64,000 bases of DNA from Kudoa neothunni (lineage: Eukaryota > Animalia > Cnidaria). Within the stretch, counting starts at the first letter, position 1; every line of letters begins with the position of its first letter. Positions 50,106 to 64,000 of this stretch are shown piece after piece. The notes beneath the pieces are model-generated. The model worked only from the letters and a program-made list of their open reading frames with translations. It did no database searches and had not been told where the DNA came from. A program made the translations under genes and the position numbers. The stretch is from contig OZ199839.1 in assembly GCA_964304625.1 (NCBI GenBank), positions 11,128,847 to 11,192,846 of the forward strand. Reading direction: 5' to 3'.

Positions 50106-51728
50106 TTAAGAAGTTATCACCAAAATTTAGTCATTTGAAAACTCTACACACATCCGGTAATGGGGTAGAATGTGGCACCTAAAAAACACCCCACTGCGCA
50201 GCGTTTTTTGTCGATTCTTTCACAGATGTTCATAATAAAATAAAAGAATATCGAGAGGAAGTATTCAGCTAATGATGGTAACATCTAATTTTGGTACAAA
50301 ATTCCAAATACAACACCGCCGGCACACGTGAAATCTTCGTTAAGTTTCCAATAACCAATGAAAACCCACCTTATTGTGCACACATTAACTTCTACATTTA
50401 TTTTACCCCTTAATAACATTTTTTTGGATGTGTGATTCCATAATTATACGACTCAGACGTTTAATGAAACTTTGCACATCTTATTATAAATTATCTTCTC
50501 TATCATAATTGGTATACCGACTGTGAACCTTTGAAAAGAATATTACAATCAGTTATCACTTTTTTTAGTTTATGGATTTTTTTTATTAATGTATTTGAAT
50601 AATAAAAAAAGTTATAATCATTTTATCATTAAACTTTTATCATTAAATTTTTATAGCGAGAATACAATGAATCTTCAATCTTCATTGCATTCGATATCTG
50701 TACAAAATAAAAGAAGCATCGTAAATGGGAAATTAGTAATATAATATTCAACATATATCATATTTTTTAGGTATATATGGTCTTTTAATTTAATGTTCAA
50801 TCTTTTTTCGTTTTTATAAAACTAACGCTTATATTTTAAGCCATAGGTACTATAAATTATTTACTTTTTGGGAAAAATTTATAAATAAAGATGTTTTTTG
50901 TCTGAGGCGTTTTACTATTTTACCGGTTGATTCAATATTATATTATACAAAATTTAACATCAATTCTTTATTAAATTCTTTGGTTTGGACTGTCTTTTAA
51001 AAATCTACCTTTAAATACCAGATTTGATTATTTTTATGCTTCCTGCAAAGAAGCGTCTCATCAATATCAATAACATACCGTTTGCCATCAGATGGTTTTC
51101 GCAGAAGAAAATTAGAAGCGCAAATATTTCTTATTTTTTTAAGCATACCCTCGCTATTTTTATGATCAAATTAATATTTTAGGAGACAGATAAAATAGTT
51201 TTCTCCATGCTTCAATTGTAAATAATTTTATATATTTTATTCATCGTTATGGTTGGGAGGGAAAAACAATTATTACATCTAAAATGAAGATGAAGTAGAT
51301 ATCATCTCTCTACACGTATATATAACAATTTAATGGGATTATTAATCAATAAAAGAAATCGATATCGTTAATAAAACTCAAAAAACTCGTTTTCTCTAGC
51401 GCGCGAGAAATTTGGTCAACTACTCGCTTAAATATTTTATATTTTGCTATTTAAATCAAAATTTCATTCCAAAAAATGTTATTAAGGGGTAAAATAAATG
51501 TAGAAGTTAATGTGTGCACAATAAGGTGGGTTTTCATTGGTTATTGGAAACTTAACGAAGATTTCACGTGTGCCGGCGGTGTTGCATTCGCCTATTTTAT
51601 TATGAATATTTGTGGAAGGATCGACGAAAAAAACGATGCGCAGAAGGGTATTTTGTAGGTGCCATATCCTACATCGTTCTTAGAATGCGTATAGAGACTC
51701 AAATTATTCCGACATAGCGACAACTTTA
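50106..51728 (-). mobile_element. Merlin (ISXO2/IS1016-like) element with long terminal inverted repeats and decayed transposase
   Basis: Inverted arms of ~260-320 bp including a 114-bp perfect core; interior minus-strand remnant YVIDIDETLLCRKHK...QIW. Outer limits approximate. Confidence 0.7.
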
Positions 51729-52399
51729 ATCTCGAATTATGTGTTTTATTTAAAATGATCATAATCTTTTCACTTAACTATATCCTTAACGCTTGAAAAG
51801 TGAAAATGCATCCTAAATAATTTGGTTATGCTTCAAATTTTAAGGGAAATGCAACAACTCTTGTAAATGTGACGTTAATATTTTTATTCGTCTTACAATT
51901 TCTCAAAACGACGTATATAACATTTTTAAAATATTATACACCATAATCAGCAGATTCTCTTTGTATATAGTGAGTGACAGTTCATTCTAATTGATTATAT
52001 CTGTACTTCTAAGTAAATGAAAGATTTTGATTAATGGTATCATCTATTCAAAGTCAAACTAAAAGCTGTATTTGGAAAAGTTTATCCATGGCACATAAGT
52101 ACTTCAGCAAACACGCACACTGACCGACAAGAACTTTATATATATAGTAGATGATGCAAGAATTCTAAATTAGACATTGGAAAAAAGACGTTTCCTTACC
52201 TTCTGATTGTTAAAATTGTTGTTTTAAACTAATTAAATGGGTGAAAAATAATTAGGAAAATGCAATTTCTTCATACACAGATAACAAAAATTATATAAAT
52301 AATCTTAAAAAATATGGAGTAACCATTAATGTTTGATTACTTACTTATATCTATCAAAATACATGTACTCGCTCTAAAAATGTTGGCTAAACAAGCTCA

Positions 52400-53140
52400 T
52401 CGAGTTTTCTTTCTATTGGGAAAGCATTTATTGGATTTAACAAAACATTATAAAGCGGCATAGAAAAACTTTATCAAAAACAAAAAAAACACATCTAAAT
52501 AATTGGAAACTATTTTTTTCTCTTCCATTAAAAATCGCCGAGGAATTCATTGATACTATCCGCATGTTCTATACTGTGATTTAGGGTGAGGTGAGTATAG
52601 AAATTGTGGAATGTTCCATAACTTTTGAAACAATCAGTTATTACGACAGATCCGGATTTAACATAAGTTTTAATTTTTTGGATCAAAGTCTCAGTTGATC
52701 TATCTGGAATTTCCACTAAAAACTTTTGTCTTTCAGGAGTTCTTTCCATGCTCCGTTAACACCATGACCTCGGTTATGTTTGACCATGCCAATAATAAGC
52801 CAAGTCTAAGAAATCGTGAACTTCTATTTTCATATTTTAGAAAAAAGTTGATTCAAAAATAGAAATTTCTCTTCTGCAAACCTTTGAGGAACATCGCCAA
52901 TTTTTTCTATGGATCGAAAATCGTGGTCCTCCTCACTTGATACAGTTAGAAGGTGCACTGAAGACATCGTTCTCGATAAGATAAATGTTAGAGCTGTATT
53001 TGTTGCACAATATGTTATCAAATGATTTCCTCGGCGTGATCATTAAGATAGATTTAATAATTAATATTTGGAAAATCATTAAATACTGGACGTTGTTATG
53101 TTTATTCCTACAATGCGGTAATATTATAGAGGGTGGCATG
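52400..53140 (-). mobile_element. Merlin/ISXO2-like transposase pseudogene
   Basis: ER...FLVEIPDRSTETLIQKIKTYVKSGSVVITDCFKSY...HLTLNHS is typical of the ISXO2-like DDE domain. Confidence 0.85.
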
Positions 53141-53735
53141 TCTTAAGCCGACTTTTTCTTACTTCCTAAAAAGCCAAAAGATTAGCGGAGGGGGTCTACA
53201 TCAAATGTGATTCGATTTAAATAAAAAATCACACAATTTGATTAAAAATCGGGAGTATGACGGCGAAACTACATCGTACCTGGGTTATTTATTCTATTAA
53301 TAATAACGTCAATCCTATGGAATTTTACGTCGTCCATAATAATTAAAACCTTTGAAAACTTGAATAATATTCTGAAACAAAATTTTGATTCAGTGACCCC
53401 CTAAAATTTTAGAAGTCCACGCATTATTACAACTGATAGCAGCGATAAGCGTAATGTTTTTTTATCTTATAGAGTAAACTACATTATTTACTGGTAAAAA
53501 TCCAGATTCGTCCATATAAACTATTTGAGGTAGTTTCTATGTATTTAAATTTAAATATTCGAGAACAATTAAAATTTTTGATTATAAACATATAGTACCC
53601 AAAACCCTTTTTCATTTAGAAATATTTGTAAGAGAATTTCTCCATATTTTTCCGAATATATTAAAAGAAATAACTTCTAGGATCTTTTTTATCCCAAAGT
53701 CCGTTGGAGGGTGGTTGTTATTTCATCTGCTAGAG

Positions 53736-54311
53736 CAGGGATTCTCAACCAGGGGTAAATTAAATAACATCCAAATTAGATAGGGAGAATTATTGCATTA
53801 TGGGTTTGTGACGTACTTCCGGATTTCTAAGGAATTATATTATTCAAGGCTATTAAATTCAATAAGAATTGGGGAAAAATTCTTAAATGTTTTTAGGAAT
53901 AAGTTTTTAACAGCTATTTATAAAACTATTCTCGGTCTCCTTTTTTTATTCCCGTTTATCTTTTAGTGGTGTAGCCTAATAATAATAATATGCATGTGTT
54001 ATTAGTTTTAACCATTTTTAATTATTTATAGTCGATGATTTTGAAGGATTGTGAAACAAATAATTTGATTTAGCAAAATCTAAAATCTGTATAAGTTCGT
54101 GCGTAAGAGTTGATGAGATTAAAAAATTGTCATTATGCAAGCGTACGTGCTTTTTAGGACCAGAATTTACCCCTCAAATAGCCTCCGCAATAGCTAAACC
54201 AGTATAAAACCTTAAGGTAAAATATGAATTTGGTTTCCAAGTGAAGGGAGAAAATTTCGACTTTTCATCATATTGAGGGGCTAACTTTGAAAAAATGGTT
54301 GGGAACCCCTG
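53736..54311 (+). mobile_element. hAT MITE, full-length copy 3
   Basis: CAGGGATTCTCAACC...GGTTGGGAACCCCTG; both 8-bp flanks have TA at positions 4-5. Confidence 0.8.
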
Positions 54312-54659
54312 TATTATACAGAGAACTAATATATTAAGATTTGTCGATATCCCAAACTCTGTATATTTCTTTTATTTTATTTTTTACTGACAGATAAATG
54401 AGGTATGTCTTTCTGTGCATTAATGCAGCACTTCCCCATTCATGATCGTCTTCGCGCCTCTCTTAAAATAAAAAATATAAAAAGTATTTATTTTTAGGTG
54501 GGAAATAACATTCTACTAAAATTACACGAAAATGAAAAAAATGCAATCTACTTTGACGAGAAAACGTATGTAAATAAAATAAATACAACTGATAATAATT
54601 TATAAATGACAAAAATATTATATTAGTTTATCTATTGGCGGGATTAAAAAAGAAAAATA

Positions 54660-55451
54660 CAGCAGCGTAGGGTTATTACGCACTTCTTGAAATAGTGTCG
54701 AAAATTCAAAATATACGAATTAACTATTGATATAAATCGTGAGATAAGAGTTAATTATATCGGTACATATAATTTTTTCGCTAGGAAAAACAGGAATATA
54801 GGCATATTACGCACCTGAAATCTGTTGTTTGATTACATTGGCATGGTCAGTACGCAGTAGAAAAATAGGAAAAATTATCGCTTACTGAAAGAAAACGTGC
54901 AGAATATTAAATAATTGGAAAAACTGTTATAAATAAATCCGAACTACTCGATATAAGAATGAATGGGTCAAACTTTCAAGAACGAGAAATATAAAGCTGT
55001 CCAGAGAGTACAATATAATAGGAAAATAAATTAGCCAATGACATAAAGGACGACACAAAAGACAATACTCCTATAACTATCGGTCGAGGATCGTTCCATG
55101 AGTTTGCTTCGAGAGTTAATCTAAAAATGAACAAACTCAATAGAAAATCTAAAAGAAATACAGAGATTATTCAAACTCCATCACAACAAATCGCTGGAAT
55201 ACATTACAAAGTTAAATTTTTCCTTTTGCAAAATAAAATAAACTTTGTTGAAAAAATAATTCTGTCTTAAAATATTTATTTTCAAAATACTCTGTGAACA
55301 ATACAAAAATTATTACGTAAATTTTTCACGCCTCTCTATTAAGTTAATATTGGCGCAAAGAGAGAATAAATAAAAAAAGCAGAAAACGTGATCGCACGTA
55401 CATCCACTAAAGCATGAATATTAAGTAGTGCGTAGTATCCCTGCACAACTG
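54660..55451. mobile_element. Non-autonomous derivative of the pogo-like family at 16252-18266
   Basis: TA-CAGCAGCGTAGGGTTATTACGCAC...GTGCGTAGTATCCCTGCACAACTG-TA. Confidence 0.75.
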
Positions 55452-57038
55452 TACTCAGTTCAAAACCAGGTCGAACGAATAATGAATGAGTAAGTATCAT
55501 TCGTGGGATTATGTTTAATCTACGTTATGATTTTAGGGATATAATAACATATTTGATATGTTGTTGCAAAGCAACGATTGCGTGTGAGACGCGCATGCAC
55601 CAGTTGTTGGGTATTGTAACATTTTGTTGTAATTCCAACTTCAAAGATTAAATGAGGAATTAAAAAAATATGAGCCAATATAGAATGTAAAGTTTTAGTT
55701 TATATAATTTTTGACGACAAATTCACTTTATGCTGAAGTATTAAATATTTGTTAAAAAATTCCTAGAAAAATTTAAAACGCTTGTTTTGTATATTCATTA
55801 AATTTAAATCGTTACTTATCTAATAGTTTTTTAAAAAATATTTAATAAAATTATCAGGAACTCAGTTCATTTTAAAACATTTTATAGTTTATTTATTTTA
55901 TAATTTTCTTGTGAATATAAGGGTAATGCATTTTCATTATATGACTATTGTTTATCAAACTTAATTCAGTTTCTAATGAGCGCGAATCGCACATGATATA
56001 ATTTCGAGAGAGAGATTCCAATTAACTAGAATCGTTACATTATTATTTACGAAGTATGCTCGGCATACAATTTTTCCATTGATTTAATGTATGGGTCTCA
56101 GGTCACTAATCGCGGAAATCCTTTCTTTAATGTGCATACAAATAATTTTTTTCAAAATGTAAGAAAAAAACGTAGAAATACACTAAATCTTATACAGTCA
56201 ATTATACAACGACGAATTATTTTGATCATTAGACAAATATATAATCTTTTACATTTAATTTATGGTACGTGTTGTATGGTCTTGGGAGCATGTTTATGAA
56301 GTTCTATATTGGGGAATAATTAAACACGTTTAAACCAGATGATTAATGTTTATAAGATGCTCCTAAAAATAATGTTTGATTTAATTTCCATAAATAAATT
56401 AAATATTCAACTACATAAAAAACGTTGGGTTAATTGGCATCACTCCGCGTGACTTCGGAGTTAACTGTACTTAATAATCCATATTTGGATCTTAAATAAC
56501 TGTGCCAAAATATCATAATTTTGTAATTTCCTTACATCTGATGAATGTATAAATTATTAACTACGACGAGTGAATCTGTTTAATTCTTGATTTGAATTTT
56601 ATATTTTTATTTATCCTTCATCAGAATGTTAAAATATTTAGATATGCTCTAATCCCCAATTGAATTTATTAAAAATCGAATCGTCATCAGCGAAATAATA
56701 ACTTAGCACTACATTTTGACTTAATGTATCAACGTATAGCGAAAAGAATAATAATGTATTGGCTCTTTTGTTGGAATAAATAAAAATAGAATTACTCATT
56801 AAAACTATCATATTGTACAGAATTTAAAATTTATGAATAATTCATTCAATTTTTATGATAATAAAAATATGGAGGTAATAAAATAAATATTGACAAAATT
56901 GATTGCAATCTTTTTTATAGTTTGATTTATTTGATAGATAGCGAAAAAAATATATAAAAGAAATCCACCGCAAAAATATCATTAGATATAAAATGTAGAA
57001 AGTCACATTATAATTTTAAAACGTTGAAAATTAGTAGA

Positions 57039-58119
57039 TTATTTGTTTTTCATGAATGATTGGCAGTTTTCATATGTGGCGAATAAAAATGCATTGGCAA
57101 CAAATGCACGAATAACTGTGGGGGTTATTCCGGAGTAAAAAATTCTAATACCTAAGCAGAAATAAATTTTTTTTGATTGATCGGTCAGTCAATCGAATAC
57201 CCTGTTTTTTTGTATACTTGAGCGGCGTAATAGGGGATACTCACGCATTTACCTTCCATACTAAGCACCTGTAAAAATTGATTAATAGAATGACGAGAGT
57301 GGTATCAATGATTTCTACTTGAACTCTAGACTTTACAACATCGATAGGATAGAGTAGCGCCCAATATGACACACCTCCTACTCCACCAGCGAGCATGTAT
57401 TGCAACAAACCGAGTTCAAGTGGCTTGAGAAGATAATTTGTTGATTCGTAGCCACCGAAAATGAGAAAATAACCAAAAAACTCTCTTAGCATGCACGTGG
57501 AAAGACCACGATAGAATCCAAAATAACCATCATTTTTCACAATATCACACATCACCTTGAAAACACCACTAAACCATTGTAGTGAATGATCAACGCAATC
57601 CTAACTACATACTACTACCTATCAATCTTGGTTAATCCTAATGCTTTTTTTTCTTGTAGAGATTGCAATCGACATTTCACCATCTCGGTGGGAGAGATCA
57701 CTAGTGATGCGAAAATGCTGGCGAAACTTCCAGCTACTGTTTTTGTGATAACGTTTCTAATATCTCGCTGTTTCTCACTATAATTGGATGTGGGAGACAT
57801 CGATTCAGCTATGTAGTTGGTGAGTTGACAACACGTTGGATAGGCCAAAAATAGCACACCATTTTCCAATACATTGCACGCCATTGGCTGGAGTGAAGCC
57901 ACTGTAGAAGCCTTTTATACCCTCTTTCGCAATAATATTTTTTGAGCAGGATATAGCTGATTTGTATAGCGAAGGAAAAACCTGCATTTTCACTTTCACA
58001 GTATCAAACGGATGGCCAGTGATTGCACACATCGTACCAGCTGTAATACCGCAGAATGAATCCTGAGCTAATTGGATCGCTTTTTGAAGTGCATTTAAAG
58101 TGGATACTTGGTCAGTCAT
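57039..58119 (-). CDS. SLC25A15: Mitochondrial carrier, ornithine transporter-like; two apparent +1 frameshifts
   Basis: Three carrier signatures (PFDTVKVKMQ, PTEMVKCRLQ, PIDVVKSRVQ); NVLENGVLF; LREFFGYF; IRAFVANA. Confidence 0.88.
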
Positions 58120-58461
58120 CTACCTATTTTTTTATCCAACACCAATCACTTAATCCGAAACCAGCACGATAACCTAATGTTATGTGTTGGCCGATGCCAC
58201 TCTAATAGTTGTTAACTCGTATTCTCCGTCTATGCAATAGACACACATAAAACTTAAGTTAAATTTTTTTCATCAAAATATTATTAGTTGTTAGAAAATA
58301 ACGACTAATCCAACACGTTTTTTAAGACTGCATCGGTCCTTCATTCGGAGTATTAGACTCCGATTACTGTGATTAGAGCCCGTAACAGCTGGTGATTTGA
58401 GATTTGTATTGGTAACCGAGTATTTTATATCGCATTAGCTATAATCTAAATTGGTTTGGAG
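58120..58461. promoter_or_regulatory. Bidirectional promoter region between SLC25A15 and PFK
   Basis: Divergent start codons ~340 bp apart. Confidence 0.55.
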
Positions 58462-62240
<3,779 letters not shown>

Positions 62241-64000
62241 TTACTCTGTGCTATCAGCAGCTAACTTGAATCAACTATCCTTCCGTTAGATGTTAGCTAT
62301 TCGTCCTACGAATTTAGAATACAATACCAGTGTTTTGTTTTGTTAATGATTATCTAAATTGTGCTAATTTCTCTCTCAACCCACTTTGTGCGCACTGTCT
62401 ATTTTATTCTAGCCAAAAATCAATGTAGTGTAAATAATAGTAGTTACATTACTTAACTATTAAATTTTTAAGTTTTGATCGAAAATAAAGCACTAGAGAA
62501 TTGGGTGTTTCTACGAGATTCGTTTTTAATGTTTTATTTCCAATTATTTTGGTTCCATTAACTATTTTAGACAGTTAGTTGTTGTCTGTGTACCTTGTTT
62601 TTAGTGAAGATTAGTTAAGGATCACACGGTTAAAAGGTTTTGTAAACTTTAACCTTTGCCACCTTAAGACTGAATTTTAATAAAATCTGATTTGTTTCGG
62701 AAAAATGTTTGAAATGTGCTGCCATTCGAAATAAAATAATTGTTTCAGTAGATTTTTTTGTTGATTTAAAAATTAAGCTCAACCATATCTTTCTTGTCAT
62801 ACGTTTTATCGAAAATTGATTACAACTGATATTTTAATTGTATTTATTTGTCACAAATTTTAAGGAAAATTACTTCCAGTAAGTGGCTAGTTGATTACAA
62901 GAAATTAGAATGATACTTAATGTAGGTTTTAAGCTCTTTTCAAGGAAGTGGGATTAAAAAATTATTTATAAGTATTTTCTTCAAAAATAACAACATTTTA
63001 CAATGTAATTCACTACATAAAAAGGATGCGTAGATTAGCCCTTAATTTATAGATCACATATAAAGTAAAGTTTTCTATTTTCCTTATACATTATTTTGGG
63101 GCCAATATTACTATGTTTGGAGGAAAAATAATTGACTACATGTTAATGCCACCATAAACGCTCATTTTATAAACTACTGAAACACGTGACTATGCATATG
63201 GATTAAAGTATATCTAGAACTTAACACTACATTCAAATATTTTGTAAGGGGAAAAATCTTGGAGGTAATATTTATTCGCGTTCGAAAGACCATTGTTTGT
63301 TCCAGATTGCGTGTTCTAATGAATTATATTCTTGTTGAAATTCGTTTCTTTGCTGAAATTAATAATTTAATTACTAAAAATTTTGAATGTTTTTCGGAAT
63401 ATATTTATTTAATCTATTATATAAAGCAAACCGGAAATCCGTGTGTGTACGCATTTTTCATTCTTTATAGAGGGACATATCGCTCCATTTGAGCAAAACA
63501 TATGGGAATGGAAAGATAAAATTATATTTTAACACAGAAAAATATGTAAAAAATTAAAAAAGATTTTCATTCTACAAAGTGACTAAAACATTCTCATTTG
63601 GTATGATTGGTGTGTGAGTTGAGGATTTATGCAAACATATAACATATAGATCATTTCGTTAAAGTTTTAAAAATTAATTTTAAACGTACCATAGTTTTTA
63701 CTTTACTTTAAAATTATTGAAAAGTAATTTACTAATTGAAATAATTCTAATAAGGAAGGTAATATTAGGTTATGTAGCCAAGCATTAATACGAAATTCAT
63801 TTGTTGATGTTTAACAAGATTAGTCATATTCATATGGTATGATTTGGGGATTACTGCGAACAACAAGGAGAAAATCGATAGTTTAGAAGCTCTAAATAGG
63901 AAATTCAAACGCTCAGTAGTATTTATTCGTTTTTTAAAAATATTAATAAAGTTCACTCGTCCAATTAGTTTGTTGAGTCATGGGAACTTCGACTTTCTGC

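Noticed and set aside
62300-64000. Short ORFs at 63259-63492 and 63765-63956, and similar AT-rich ORFs at 29.9-30.9 kb and 38.7-40.8 kb
   Set aside because: Low-complexity F/I/K/N/Y-rich composition typical of random AT-rich DNA; no motifs.

Overview
AT-rich eukaryotic nuclear DNA with strongly diverged animal-type genes split by very short GT-AG introns (mostly ~40-60 nt). A reduced parasitic metazoan such as a myxozoan is a plausible source, but that is inference. Manual splicing gives 14 genes: lipin (runs off the left edge), NAPRT, a small orphan, an intact POLG, SMG5 (EST1/TPR plus PIN, with a ~4.5 kb transposon-filled intron), two GT31 glycosyltransferase paralogs, a five-domain Kunitz protein, a minimal CPSF6, a TspO-like multipass protein, ATP6V0B and RPL37 head-to-head, and SLC25A15 and PFK head-to-head. 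Between gene clusters lie decayed DNA transposons (pogo, hAT MITEs, piggyBac, Merlin, Tc1-like). The most notable signals are: a penta-Kunitz protein in which four of five domains lack canonical disulfides; ~50-nt intron-like units just upstream of many start codons; NRF1-like GC palindromes near promoters; a 114-bp perfect inverted-repeat core inside an otherwise decayed Merlin element; a ~130-bp TG..CA element with a Pol III-like box; and about 14 single-base homopolymer frameshifts in otherwise intact genes, probably assembly errors. Exon boundaries were inferred by eye and no database searches were run.
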